DNA from: a virus
Length of the DNA stretch: 64,000 nt
IMG/VR virus record: IMGVR_UViG_3300005518_000003
Location: 14,564-78,563 of that record
Reading direction: 5' to 3' (one strand)
Position numbers and translations under genes: made by a program. Positions 18,494 to 30,180 of the stretch are shown one piece after another; position 1 is the first letter of the stretch; every line of letters begins with the position of its first letter. The notes under the pieces were generated by a model. It did no database searches. It had not been told where the DNA came from and saw only the letters and a program-made list of their open reading frames with translations.

Positions 18494-20275
18494 TCATGCG
18501 TCCTCCGCAAGCATCTCTGCCATCTTCACGCGCTCGCGAGACGTCTCTTCGGCGAGCTCGCGTCGTGTGAGCCTCTGGATGTACGCATTGCGCGAAGACG
18601 TTGCCCAGCGCTCTTCCTCCAGCGCTTCCCCAATCTCTTCGCGCGTCATGTCCTTTGGATACGCGTCAGCGAGAACGCGAAGACACTTTGCTTCGGGTCC
18701 TGGAAGCTTGCGAAGCCAGTGTTCGAGCAGCGCTACGCCGGTCGGAAGCTCTTCGTAGTCATCGCCAAGCCATTCGACGCCCTCCAGAGTGATGCGGTGG
18801 CGATCTCCGACCTCCTCAAAGATGCCGGCATTCCGACCGCGCTGGAAATACGCGTTGCGTGTGCTTCCCTTCGCCCCGGTGATTTGTGTGATCTGCGAGC
18901 GCGTCACTCCGCTTTCTCCGAACTGCGCGACCGCAGCCACGAACGACCGCGGAACTTTCACTTCTCCTTCAACCTTCGACGCATCCCCATTCGACTGAGG
19001 TCTCGACGCAACCCTCTTCTTTTCTTTTGGTACGACGACGATCGCCGGAACAACGATCTTTCCGACAGCGAGATGTTGCATCTGCTGGCGAAGTCGCTTG
19101 AGCTCATCGAGCGCTGACTGCGCCATACCCTCGGCTCGGAGCGTTTTCTCTTTCGCATCTTCGGTTGCTTTGCGCGACGAACCCAAAGCTTCAACCAACG
19201 CGTCGACCTGCTTCTCGAGTTTCTTTTCTTGTCGCTTCGTAAGAACCGGTACCTCGATACGCTTTGGGATACGCGCGGGAGATGGATCGGGTTGAAGCTT
19301 CTTGAATTTTCCCGCTGCCTCGAGCTCCTTTTTGAGTCGCATGACTTCTGCCTTCAATGCTTTCGGATCGTTCGCTTTCGCTTGTTCTACGGTCGCCGCC
19401 ATCTGCGCAGAGAGCGCACCAAGATCGACGTCAGCAAGTGTCTTGGGAGGCTTGACCTTCTTCCCATCCGGCGTCCGACTGGAGTCGAACGTCTTTCGTT
19501 CACGGAATGAAACGCATTCGAGCATCCCGTTCATGAGACCTGGCGCCCAAAACCAACCCGTGCCGCGTTCGAGCGACGAAAGCGTTCCTAGCACTTGCTT
19601 TTGCTCTTCTTTGGTCCCGTTGTGTTCGATCCAGTCCCCGAATGCGTTGATGTCCTGCGGTCCCGTGAGGCGAAACGCGATCAAGATCTCGATTTGTGTG
19701 AGCACGTCTTTCGCGATGCGTGCAGGACGCTGCGAAATGAGCGTCACACCGATGCCGCGCGTACGACCACGCAGAACGAAATCGTTGATCGCCCCAACGA
19801 GCGGAAGCATGTCCGCAGAATCGACGCGCTGCGGGACGAAGAGATCGCACTCATCGATGACGATGTGAAGAGGCTCTCGTTGCTTGTTCTTGAGGAGGTA
19901 GAGCTTATCGGCGAAGTCGCGAACGAACCGGCGCATCGCGCTCTTCGAGAAGTCGGAGAGATCGAGCACACACGAGAGACGATTTTCGACGACGTACTCG
20001 GCGAGGACGGTACCTCCACGCTCCTCGAGTGGCATATCCGCATGGAGACCCCCGAAGATCGGAATCGGATAGCCGCCTTCCTTTTTTCCATTGCTCCCCG
20101 CACGAAGCCCCCAGGCTCCGCCTGTCGGATCGATGACAATGGTCTGCACCTTTGCGTCGAGTAGCTCCTCGACGAGGAGCATCCCGGTGTGGGTCTTACC
20201 CGAACCGCGCTTACCGATGATTCCGATGGTCTCGGTTGCGATGTTCGGGATCTTGAGCTTGGGGGCGAGACGCAC
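18494..20275 (-). CDS. HerA/FtsK-superfamily ATPase (DUF87-like) with coiled coil and C-terminal HTH-like region
   Basis: Walker A GKRGSGKT, Walker B IVIDE, RGRTRGIG, SQRPA...KDVLTQ. Confidence 0.85.
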   Translation of the reverse strand: MRLAPKLKIPNIATETIGIIGKRGSGKTHTGMLLVEELLDAKVQTIVIDPTGGAWGLRAGSNGKKEGGYPIPIFGGLHADMPLEERGGTVLAEYVVENRLSCVLDLSDFSKSAMRRFVRDFADKLYLLKNKQREPLHIVIDECDLFVPQRVDSADMLPLVGAINDFVLRGRTRGIGVTLISQRPARIAKDVLTQIEILIAFRLTGPQDINAFGDWIEHNGTKEEQKQVLGTLSSLERGTGWFWAPGLMNGMLECVSFRERKTFDSSRTPDGKKVKPPKTLADVDLGALSAQMAATVEQAKANDPKALKAEVMRLKKELEAAGKFKKLQPDPSPARIPKRIEVPVLTKRQEKKLEKQVDALVEALGSSRKATEDAKEKTLRAEGMAQSALDELKRLRQQMQHLAVGKIVVPAIVVVPKEKKRVASRPQSNGDASKVEGEVKVPRSFVAAVAQFGESGVTRSQITQITGAKGSTRNAYFQRGRNAGIFEEVGDRHRITLEGVEWLGDDYEELPTGVALLEHWLRKLPGPEAKCLRVLADAYPKDMTREEIGEALEEERWATSSRNAYIQRLTRRELAEETSRERVKMAEMLAEDA

Positions 20276-20277
20276 GA

Positions 20278-21645
20278 TTACTCCTCTTCGTCGCCAGCTT
20301 CTCGATCGGGCCTACGCACTTCGTCGTCCGAGGGCGGCTTGGGAGCTTCGAGACTGCGAATCGTGTTGCGAAGCTTGAGGAGCTTGTCCTGTACCTTGTC
20401 GAATTTTCTCTGCGACGGAAGCTTGCTATCGAAGATGTTGTCGCGTTTGTTTTCGAGCTTCGAGATCCAATCGTCGAGCTTGTCGATCTCGCGCTGATTC
20501 GTCCTTCGTTCGCGATCGAGGCTCTTGTCGATCTTCTTCGATTCGCGTGTGAGTTTTACCTCTGCTTTCTTCAGCTTCGCGAGACGCTTCTCTCGTGCGA
20601 TTTCTTTCTTCGACTTCTTTCCCGGTCTCTTCGTGCCCATGGTTTCTCCTATTTGTTCACTACGGTTCCGTTGAACATTTTCGCGAGCGCGATTGCATCG
20701 CGAACCTGAAACGACGTCGCATCGCCCGGCACTCGTCCCTCGACCTCCGCGATCGCTTCGTAATATTTGTGCTCCGGGTTTGCTTCGTAGTCTTTGAGCG
20801 TGAACCCTTTCGGTAGAGGATTCGGTGGAGGCAAGACCTTCGGACCAAACTCCCGGATGTAGTACGTCGAGCCGTACCTCCGAAGCCTCACGAGGCACGG
20901 GTAGCGGAGATGTTGAATGCCCGAGGCACGCGCTATGCGACGCTTCGTGCATTCGGTTGGATTCCAACAGTAGCCGGCGGGAGTGAGCCGTTGCCCGGTC
21001 ACCCCGCATGTTCGGCACTTGTCGTTCGACGTCTTTCCCTCTGCCGTTCCGGCGGTGAGCTCTCCAACGATGGTCATCGTTTCCTCCTCTTTCGTTTCTT
21101 TTTCGGTTCGATAAGCGAACTTGAAAATCTCATCCGAATGAACGACGAGCCGTCCGGTTCGATTGGGACAACGCCGACTTCAACGGTTCGCACTTCTCGA
21201 CCGAGCTGGTTCTTCCCCCATTCCGAACCGGCAGGGAGCACCATCCATCCGAGCGCGCGATACTGTCTTCCCTCGAAGTGAGGAAGCACATCGTCATGGC
21301 AAATCGTTTCGGAGCGTTCCACGCTCACGCGTGCCACGTACTGCTTGAAGTCGTCACCGACGTCGATGATGCGAATCGATTCCACGGTGGGCATTCCTAG
21401 TTCTCGGTAAAGGGTTGAGCAGAGCGCTTGCGTACTCGAAGAATCATTGGTCGACGAACGGCGCGCATGCGACGAACTTTTTTCTTCCACCAATAGAGTG
21501 GGTACGAGATCGCGTAGATGCAGATCGCCCAGAACACAAACACGGGCCAGAACACCTCGGGATGTGCATGCCAGCACCAGCAGCACAAAACGACACCTGC
21601 CCATTCGTCTATGCAGATGAAGATGCGCTGCTGGAGCTTGGTCAT
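20278..21645 (-). other. Four small hypothetical ORFs (20278-20640, 20649-21077, 21074-21394, 21397-21645)
   Basis: Tightly packed, co-oriented, with RBSs; the last has TM segments. Confidence 0.55.
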
Positions 21646-21651
21646 GGCCCG

Positions 21652-22308
21652 TCAGTATTTGGCTGCGGGGCTCGGTTGCTGCGCTTCCGGCGGAGGAGGA
21701 GCCGGCGGCGCTGCGGGAAGCGGCGCAGCTTGTTGCGGCGCGGGCTGTCCGGTCGGGGGTGCGTTCGCTCCAAAGTCGAAGCTCTCTGCCTGCGCGCGCG
21801 TCGGAGTCGGTTGATTGCGGCGCTGACGCGCTGCGAGGATTGAGCCGGCGAAGCGAGAGGCGAACTGCTTCGCTTCCTGAACCTCCATCGGCTTGTGAAC
21901 GCTTGCGCTGCGCGCGGGATCATTTACCCACTGCACGCGATTCGAACGACGGGTTTCCTGGACGATGATCGTCGCACCGGTCGTCTCGTCGGTCTTCTCG
22001 ACGTCTTGCTTGTATTCCTCTTCGTCGACGACGATGAGCACCTCGTTCTTGTTGATGCCGACCGGGTTCGAGAGATCGTCTCCCTCGAGACCGCAGAGGA
22101 GAAGCGCTTCGATCGTGCGCGCTTCCGTACTCTCCGTAAGCCAGCCATCCCAAGGAACACGCTTGCCTTTGGACTCACCCGCCTCGGTGATCTCGAAGAG
22201 GATGAAGAACTCCGGAGTCCCTGCTTTCTTCGATGTGCGAAGACCGCTGATCGGCTTGCCTTCGTGATCGACGCCGATGACTGCTTTTGCTCTGAATGTA
22301 CCTTTCAT
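21652..22308 (-). CDS. Putative ssDNA-binding protein (DUF669-like)
   Basis: Beta-rich core with flexible tail, next to the Sak4-like ATPase. Confidence 0.55.
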   Translation of the reverse strand: MKGTFRAKAVIGVDHEGKPISGLRTSKKAGTPEFFILFEITEAGESKGKRVPWDGWLTESTEARTIEALLLCGLEGDDLSNPVGINKNEVLIVVDEEEYKQDVEKTDETTGATIIVQETRRSNRVQWVNDPARSASVHKPMEVQEAKQFASRFAGSILAARQRRNQPTPTRAQAESFDFGANAPPTGQPAPQQAAPLPAAPPAPPPPEAQQPSPAAKY

Positions 22309-22362
22309 GATCGTTTCTCCTTGTTCACAAACACAAAACACAAACAAACATCCGTCGCTGCC

Positions 22363-23322
22363 TCACTTCGGCAGCTTTTCCTTCGCGTCCGTGAGCTGCG
22401 CTTCGAGCGCGCGGAGCTTGCCGATGTCATCTCCGAACGTCGCGAGGTTCGCTGGAGTCGCCCACAAAAGGAGGTTCTTCGTAACGACGTCATCCGTTGC
22501 GGGAAAAGACTTCGCCAGCGCAATGACGCGCGTGCGCACGTTCTCCGCGGTCTCGTTGAGCTCGCGCGTGAACGAGACGTGATCAAGCCGAACGATAGGC
22601 GGTAGGCGAAATCCGCCGCGTACGCCAGCCTCGAAACCGCTGTTCTCGGCGGTTTGGCACGAGTAGAGCCAGCGGTTCTCCTTCACGATCGCTCGTGTGT
22701 GGATGTTCTCGCCGGGATCGTGGATGGCTCGCTCCTTCGCCGCGTAGAGGACGATGTCCGCCCAGTTGCTCGTGGCGTTCCAGAGAGCACGATGCATGTC
22801 GCCCTGCCAGATGTAGTATTTGTCGCCGAGCTGCGAATCGTTCACGCCAGCTTGCACCGCGTGCGCGAGAAGAACGATCGTCATGCCGCGCTTGTTACGG
22901 CAGTGTTCGAGAAGCGACATCCAAACGCGCCACTCGCGAACGAGGTCTTCTTCCTTGCCCCAGCCCATTTTTTCCCACGAGCCCTTCTTTGACTCGTTGA
23001 CGACGTGATCGAGACAGACCGCGGAAAGCGGCCCAAGGGTGTCTCCAACGAGCGTTTTGAAGTCGTGGTTTCCGTACGCGAGCGCGCGCGTGTAGTTGAG
23101 CAGCTCGGTCCACGTCGTAACGTGACCTTCGTTCGGGAACCGAAAGTCGGCGATCCCATGCGCTCCATCTTCACCGCAAATGAATGCGGGCTTTGGAAAC
23201 GCGGCGGCGAAGGTGGTCTTGCCGATCTTCTTCTCGCCGTAGGTGAGGAGAATGGGCGGTCTCTTGGCTTTTTGTTTCGATCCTGTCGCGAGGATCGCGG
23301 TGTAGTCGACGGTTTGGGTCAT
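22363..23322 (-). CDS. AAA_24 / Sak4-like ATPase (recombination)
   Basis: YGEKKIGKTTFAA, EDG, FKTLVGDT, IVLLAH, WADIVLY. Confidence 0.8.
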   Translation of the reverse strand: MTQTVDYTAILATGSKQKAKRPPILLTYGEKKIGKTTFAAAFPKPAFICGEDGAHGIADFRFPNEGHVTTWTELLNYTRALAYGNHDFKTLVGDTLGPLSAVCLDHVVNESKKGSWEKMGWGKEEDLVREWRVWMSLLEHCRNKRGMTIVLLAHAVQAGVNDSQLGDKYYIWQGDMHRALWNATSNWADIVLYAAKERAIHDPGENIHTRAIVKENRWLYSCQTAENSGFEAGVRGGFRLPPIVRLDHVSFTRELNETAENVRTRVIALAKSFPATDDVVTKNLLLWATPANLATFGDDIGKLRALEAQLTDAKEKLPK

Positions 23323-23366
23323 TTTCTTTCTCCTGGTTCACTCACTCACAATTCAAAAAAAAATCT

Positions 23367-23696
23367 TTAGTGACGCTCGCCCTCAGGCGGCGGTGTTTCG
23401 TCGTCGTCGTCGTCGTCCGACGCATCGATCATCATGCAGAGCTCGTCGTGAGCGAACTCGATAAGCGCCGTTCGCGCTTGATCGAAAGGAATCGGAACCT
23501 TCAGCGGATCGATCATCGTCGCAAGGTTGTAATCGACCTTTTTGCCTTCTTTTCCCGTAAAGACCACGAACGCCAACATGGCCTCTGGCTCGAAGCCCTT
23601 CTCCTGAAGCTCGGTCATCATCCGTCCCATGTGTCGGTTGACGATCTCGTTCTCTTTTTCGGCGTCGCGCGGCATCACTTTGTCTTCTTCCGTCAC
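23367..23696 (-). CDS. Hypothetical protein with acidic tail
   Basis: GTGA overlap with the upstream gene. Confidence 0.55.
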   Translation of the reverse strand: MTEEDKVMPRDAEKENEIVNRHMGRMMTELQEKGFEPEAMLAFVVFTGKEGKKVDYNLATMIDPLKVPIPFDQARTALIEFAHDELCMMIDASDDDDDDETPPPEGERH

Positions 23697-24421
23697 GTTC
23701 CATCTCTCCATTCTGGATTTGCGTATTCGTTCTCCCAGTCGAGTGGTTCGCTCAAACACGCAACTTGCTCGAACTCCTTCAGATACGAAGCAGCGACACC
23801 TTCGTCTCGAATGAAGACAGCATTTTCGAGCGACCGCCGACCATTGTTTGTCCAGTTGAAGGACCCCGTCCATACGGCCTTTGCGACGTAACGCGGCATT
23901 TCTGCGCTAAGCGAAAAAACTGCATCGCAGAACACGACGAACTTGTGGTGCATCCTCGGAACCGACCTTGAACCAGGATCGACCATGCCAACACATCGAA
24001 CGCCGTCCATTTCTGGATCGCCGGAGGACGACATGCGCGACAGCGATGAAAAGAACATGCGATTAGAACCGCGAACTGCCTCGTACAGCGCCCTGAGCTT
24101 CGACTTGCTTGGCCCGCCCACATCGGGGCGAAGAAAATCTTCTTTTTGAACGATGATGGTCGCTTGTTTTAGTCGACTGAGAGCGTCGAGAATCGGTTCG
24201 TGTGTGAGCCATGCAACACAACCGAAGGCAAATTCAAATTGACAGAGATAAGAGATCAAGGCGTCAGGCAACCGCTTGAAGTGCACTGTCACTTGGCCAA
24301 AAGGTGCACTGAAATCGCGTTGAGGATCCCGGTCATTCCCATCTGTTCTGATGCGCATCTCGTTGAGGTCTTCGCGAGCTCGCTCAGCTTCGTCTCTGTC
24401 AATTTTTTCCCACCATTCCAT
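23693..24421 (-). CDS. Phospholipase D-family (single HKD) nuclease
   Basis: MHHKFVVFCD...WTGSFNWT...SLEN. Confidence 0.85.
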   Translation of the reverse strand: MEWWEKIDRDEAERAREDLNEMRIRTDGNDRDPQRDFSAPFGQVTVHFKRLPDALISYLCQFEFAFGCVAWLTHEPILDALSRLKQATIIVQKEDFLRPDVGGPSKSKLRALYEAVRGSNRMFFSSLSRMSSSGDPEMDGVRCVGMVDPGSRSVPRMHHKFVVFCDAVFSLSAEMPRYVAKAVWTGSFNWTNNGRRSLENAVFIRDEGVAASYLKEFEQVACLSEPLDWENEYANPEWRDGT

Positions 24422-24425
24422 CGAC

Positions 24426-25481
24426 CTAAATCTCCTTCAGCTCCTCGTGTTTGTCCTCGACGATCGGAAACTCTTCGATGCGCGCCGTTCCCGAGCACAC
24501 ACTGAAGTACGGGCACATCCCGCCGTAGCGTTTGCACGAGCCGCGATGTCGCGGTGCGCGCTTGGCAAGCTCGTTGTCGCGAATGATCTGAGCGGTCTGC
24601 CAGAGATCGTCAGCGTGCTCGCGCTCGTCTTGTTCGAGACGGACAATATCACCACGTGCGAAATACTTCATCGACGCATCGCGAGCTTTTTCTTCGTCGA
24701 TCACGAGCGGAACCGTCCCGAGCGGTTGGCCAAGGATGTCTTCCGAGACCCGTTGCTCGTACTCGTCCGGCGTTTCGTCGGTCTTGCGCATGTTCGAGTA
24801 GAGCTCGCCGTCCTTCTGACGAAACTTCTGCGACTCCGGCGGCGTTGCCTTGAGCGGGAGGAGCTTTGGTTTGTGAACCACATCGTAGACACACCGGACG
24901 GCTTCTTCTTTCAAACCAACGTCAGATAGAATTTTCCGCGCACCCTTGAAGTAGGTCGAGACCTGGGGATCGAGTGCCGTGATGGTTCGCCAGTACGACG
25001 ACTCGCGTTCAATCTTGTCCGACGTCGTCTTCGTCTCGACGATCAAAATCTCGCGCGTACGAACGTCGCGAACGAGTACGTCGAGCTTACCGCCAAGCTC
25101 ATACACCTTCGAAGGACGACCGGTCCGCGGGTTGACGATCGCGGTCCGAAACATCGGTTGGACGCGAATCACTTCGTACGGCTCGTTCACCCAACGTGCG
25201 TCATACCCGAGGAGGAGAGCTCGAGCTTTCGCAACGTCGAACCGATCAGTCCTCTGCTCCTTCGCGAATTCTTCGAGTCGCGCGAGCATGGAATCGCATC
25301 CGTGGAGTGGTCCTGCCGTCCACCACGCCTGGAGCGCTTCGTCGAACATCTTCCCGAAACGAAGCGCGTACGACTCCGAACGCGGACGACGGCGAAGCTT
25401 GTATCGATAAAAATGCTCTCGCGGGCACCTTTGAAAAGTCTGGACTTCGCTATGGGTAAGGAGTGGAAGCGGTTCGCTCAT
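24426..25481 (-). CDS. PD-(D/E)XK RecB/Cas4-like exonuclease
   Basis: N-terminal CPR, GKLDVLV...IVETKT, Q...Y, C-terminal C...C.Y...C (Fe-S-type Cys set). Confidence 0.85.
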   Translation of the reverse strand: MSEPLPLLTHSEVQTFQRCPREHFYRYKLRRRPRSESYALRFGKMFDEALQAWWTAGPLHGCDSMLARLEEFAKEQRTDRFDVAKARALLLGYDARWVNEPYEVIRVQPMFRTAIVNPRTGRPSKVYELGGKLDVLVRDVRTREILIVETKTTSDKIERESSYWRTITALDPQVSTYFKGARKILSDVGLKEEAVRCVYDVVHKPKLLPLKATPPESQKFRQKDGELYSNMRKTDETPDEYEQRVSEDILGQPLGTVPLVIDEEKARDASMKYFARGDIVRLEQDEREHADDLWQTAQIIRDNELAKRAPRHRGSCKRYGGMCPYFSVCSGTARIEEFPIVEDKHEELKEI

Positions 25482-25936
25482 ACGTGCCTCCAATTCTTCC
25501 CACGAACGATTCTCGACACCGTCATTCGGTGAACCAAAAATCCGCGAGCGATCTCTTTGTTCGTTCGACCTTTCTTCGATTCTCTTCGAATGGTGCGAAC
25601 GTCTTCTTCCGTCAATTTATGACGCGCGTTCCTAGTTCCTACGATCGATCGTCCCTTGGCAATCATGTCGCGTGAATTCTGAGCCTTAGTTCCGACGAAC
25701 AGATGCCTCGGGTTGCAACAAGCCGGGTTATCGCAACGATGAAGTGCGCACGATTTGCCAAGATTTTTTCCAGAAAGAAGAAGCGCAACGCGAGAAGCCT
25801 TGATCGGTCTTCCCTTCACATTGATCTGTCCGTAGCCGTGTTGATCTTTTGATCCCACCCACGGCCAGCACACCTTTTTGGTGCCGACAGCGACCTTCGA
25901 CCAGAAGCGTGCGATGGTTTCCCACGAAAGCCTCAC
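25478..25936 (-). CDS. HNH homing endonuclease
   Basis: CWPW.G...GYG, LHRCDNPACCNPRHL..GT...N; C-terminal HTH. Confidence 0.9.
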   Translation of the reverse strand: MRLSWETIARFWSKVAVGTKKVCWPWVGSKDQHGYGQINVKGRPIKASRVALLLSGKNLGKSCALHRCDNPACCNPRHLFVGTKAQNSRDMIAKGRSIVGTRNARHKLTEEDVRTIRRESKKGRTNKEIARGFLVHRMTVSRIVRGKNWRHV

Positions 25937-28900
25937 TTCGTGTTCTCCAGACGTTCGAGCGCTTTCCTAATTTCATCTCGATGCGATCGCTCGACCGAGT
26001 GCGTACCTGGAACGGCAATGATGCGATCGAGCTTCTTGAGCGCACGTTTGAGCTGCGTCTCTGCGTATTCGACGTTGAGCTGCCAGTCCGTGAGGTACTC
26101 GTTACACGAGATGCGGAGCATTAGTAGCCCTCCCATTCGATATCGCGAATCAGGTACGTGTCCGCGAGCTCACCTGCGCGAATTTTTTCGATCTCGTCGG
26201 CTGCAACTTCGAGAGCCTTCGCGACCGCACGAAGACCAGCCGGCGTTCCTGGCATCATCATCCGCACGTGACGCGGAGGATCGCGTGGGTCGCTGCCTTC
26301 TTGAGGAACGGGCTTATAGCCTTCTCGAATGACGTATTCCAGTCGAACACCTTCGACACCGTACGCGTCCGGACCACGACTGATGAAGAATCTTGCGGCG
26401 TGGTCGCTCATGTGAGCACCGCTCCGATCGTCTCTTGATTCGCGAGGTCGTACGCCTGCTGAAGAGCACACGCGATCTTCCACGCATGTGTCCCCTCACT
26501 GAGAGTCGTAAGCGTTTCTTTGAATTTCTCGTTGATGCCACGCGATTGGTACAGTTCTTTACCAAGCTCGACAGCAATATCCCCGAAGCGTTTCTCAAAC
26601 GGCATCATCGCGCTTCCGTCCTTTTTCTTTGCGATCTCTGCCGCGAGCGCCGTCAGTTCGCCTTGCGTCTTGTCAATCAGCTCCGCCGCCGCGAATAGCC
26701 GCATGAAATCGGCAGCGCCCTTCAATTCAGTCTGCGCGCCTCTGATCGCCATTGCCGCAACGACGAGATCGCAGCGAGCGCGACCGATCGCGCTCTGAAG
26801 CTGTCCGATGAATTCTTCGACGTTCACGGCTTCCACCCCTGCTTCTTGAGCTCGCCCTCGATATGCTCGCGATTCTCGAACGCCACGTACACGTGGTAGC
26901 GACCCACCGTGCCGCTCGGCGACGGACGATGCACCCACGCGCAAGGCCAACGAAGCTGGATTCGTTTGATCTGATTTATGAAATACGAAAAGTCTTCGGG
27001 CCGATCGATGTCAATGAAGAGCTCGTTCGGCTTCGGCTCGACGATGATGCAGCCCTTCTCCTTCGCCTGCTCTTCGGCGGCTTCGCGACGGAGCTTTCCG
27101 GTGTCGGCGCTCACGAATCGTCCTCCGAAAGTTTTTCGATCTCTTCACGCTCTCGCTTCTGAAGCGCTTCGAGATTTTTGACCGCGAATTGAATTGCGCA
27201 GCGGGTCGAGCACACGTGATACCCCCTGGCCTCGCCGAACAAACAAATGAGGTCCCACGGTTTCGGAGGAGCTACGTCAAACGACTCTTTCGTTTGCTCT
27301 TCTTTGCCGCAGTTGTCGCAGGTACAGATCTTTCGAGCGCTCATGGCTTCATCTCTGCGAGCATTTTCCGTGCAACGCCCTGATCGATTTCACCAAGCCC
27401 CGGAATCATTCGCTCGATGAAGACTTCGAGCTTCTTGATGTAGAGCGACGCCTCCGAAGGCGTCCCGTCCGGCTTCACGCCGAACAAATTCTCGCGCGAG
27501 GCAAACGCGAGGTGGACGCGATGCTCCTTCAAATCCTTATCGAGCTTGGCGTTGCGAACGAGAAGCCAGTTGATGAGCGCGACGATCGCGCCCTTACTGT
27601 AGCGGTTGGTCACCATCTTCATCGCGGTCGCGTACTGCTCGTGTGACTCCGAACGCGTTGGATGCGCTTCGTGAATCGCTTCGCTCCATTCGTCCTTCGC
27701 ATCGATCCACGCGTCGCTATCGGTGGTCGCAGTCGAAGCCAAAAGCGATTCTTCTAGCGCCTTCAAACGCTTTACCGCTTCGGGACCATAGAGAACCTGA
27801 AGTGCCTCGTCGTAGGTTCCCAATGCTCTGCGACCGCAGTTTTCGATGCAATGTTCGAGCTTGTAGATGAACGCTTTGTTGTCGAGCGCGGGGACCAGCA
27901 ATCGCCATTCCTCGGAGTTGCAGCGAAGCTCTTGAAGCTCGGCGAGCGTCACGTTCCCACGCGCGATGAGCGCTTCGACTTCGGGTTTCATATCGTCCCC
28001 GCTTCAATACGATCGGCGAATCCGAGAAGCGTTCCTTTCGCGACCGCCATAACACCTTCGACAATCGCGCCGGCAAACCCCGGAGTTTTTTTCGCCGTGA
28101 CATCTTTCGCGACTTCGTCTCGCAGCATCTTTACGATGCGAGCGCGTTCATTTTCCGCACCCTGCGCGTACGCTTGCGTGATTTCCGATCGAAGTGCCGG
28201 GATCGTGTGCTGATCCATCTCGTAGACCTGGTCGTAGAGCTTCGGACATGTGAGGCAGTCCGTGTGCCATGTGATGCTCGCCTCGTATGCATCGATCCGA
28301 TCGAGCAAGAGAGCGACATCCGATATTCGGATCCCTTCAGCGCCAGCGGTGGGGCTTCGCTGCGCTCCCACGAAATCGCGAACGCGCTGCTCAGCCGCTT
28401 TCATCTTTGCGATGCGCGCCTTGTGCTCTTCGAGGGTAGTCATGTCTCCTCTCCCAAGTACCGAAAGAACTTTCGAATGCACTCCGGACACACCTCGACG
28501 TGTTTCGTTCCGTTTCCAGAAGCATGCTGGATTTGAAAGTGTTCCCAGCCCTTCGGTGGCACCGCGCTTCGGATAACGAACACGTTGGAGTCCACTTTCC
28601 CCGTCTCGTACTCCATGCTGTCGTAGCCGACCGGAATGCTCTTCGCTTCGGCGCCACACTTCGCGCAAATGTGATCGAGTGTGATCCCCTTCGTGCGATC
28701 GACGCGAATGGTCACTTCAACGATGTTCGTGTTTTCGTTTTCTTCGTGCATGAGACGCGTTGCCTCTTCGATCATGTCCTGGCGTACGAAAGGATCGACG
28801 TCGGGCCGCTTGATCTTTTCTTCAAGCTTTGAGATCCGCTGTTTGCGGTTCACTTCTTTTCCACGCGCGGAATTGCTTTCTTGAAGAGCGAGTACGCGTA

Positions 28901-29401
28901 CATGGCGACGCCACCGATGAGGAGATAGCCAAGCCACGGCGATCCCCAGAGCGAAGACGAGCTGCGATCGTGTTTGACCTGGGCGTAAAGCGCTTCGAAT
29001 TCGTGCATGCGAGCCGCGCCGACCATGCGAATGTGATGAAGCTGTTGCGCCAGATTGAGCGCTCGTTCCCGTTCGTTGCCCGTCGAACCCACGGGAGGAG
29101 CGGTGAGATCAATCTGCGCAAGCTCGAAGAGATGAACTGTTTCGAGGTACGTCTTCTCCAGCGAGACGAGCTCGACCTGAAGTTGCGCGAGCTTTTCGTC
29201 CTGCGCTTTTTCTTTCGCTAGACGCTCTTCGCGTTCTTTCCGAACCAGCTCGTCGGTCTCGCGGCGTTCGCGCTCGGCTCGTTCCGCCGCTTCGCGATCG
29301 GCTATATGTCTCGCCTCGAATTCGTCGCGCTCCTGCTGCTCTGCTGCTTCACGAGCTTCGCGTCGAATGCGCTGCGCCTTCGTCTCTCGCTTCTTCTTCA
29401 C
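25933..29401 (-). other. Run of about ten overlapping hypothetical ORFs
   Basis: Consecutive co-oriented ORFs with 4-bp overlaps; several CxxC motifs and coiled coils; no family recognised. Confidence 0.55.
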
Positions 29402-29949
29402 GCCGCACCCCAATCCTTGGTCCAATGTTGACCATGTACGATTCGAAAAATCTGCGTGATACCGACTCCGAAACGGTGGGCTAACTCTCGGTAGACCGCT
29501 CCCGACTTTCGGAGCTGACGAATTTGCTCAACCTGGGTTGATGAAAGTTTCGCTGCGCCATTTCTCTCCCCACGCGGTTCCACTTTCAGCGGCGGAGCAG
29601 CAATTTTCTTCGATGCCAATTTTTCTCTCCATTTCGCGACGTAAGCGAAGACTGGAACAGAATTTGGATGAGTGATCAGTCCTTCAATCGTGTTGCATCG
29701 CACACAAAGCAAGCCGCGAGGTTCACCAGTCAAGTGACAATGATCGATGACGGGTTCTTTCTTCTTTTCGAGAAACTTCGAACCGCAACATTCGCATCGA
29801 CCATCGGCTCGTTTTTCAGCGGCCACAAACCACTCGTAGAATTCGTTGGCCGACATGTTGATGCCGGCGTGACCAGCGATTCGAGCTTCCATGTTCGCTC
29901 TTACGCGTCGATACCCAATGTTCTTTCGCTTCGAGTCAGCCCAGCCCAC
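29398..29949 (-). CDS. Endonuclease VII-like HNH protein with C-terminal HTH
   Basis: CECCG...IDHCHLTGEPRGLLCVRCN. Confidence 0.85.
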   Translation of the reverse strand: MGWADSKRKNIGYRRVRANMEARIAGHAGINMSANEFYEWFVAAEKRADGRCECCGSKFLEKKKEPVIDHCHLTGEPRGLLCVRCNTIEGLITHPNSVPVFAYVAKWREKLASKKIAAPPLKVEPRGERNGAAKLSSTQVEQIRQLRKSGAVYRELAHRFGVGITQIFRIVHGQHWTKDWGAA

Positions 29950-30180
29950 GTCGAACCTTCGCTTTCACTGTTGCGACGCACTTTTTGTGAAGCCCAGTCT
30001 GAGACTCCAAGCTGCCCCCGCCCACGACGATCGCCAAATCGCAGTTGAATCGCCCGCACGCGATGCAAACGAGATGGCTCTCGTCGGTGGGCGAGAGCTC
30101 CACCCGGAGGAAAGTGTTCCGCACGTTGTTTGGATCCCTTTCACGACCTGGTCTACAGGTCGCGTCTGACAAAGTCAACT

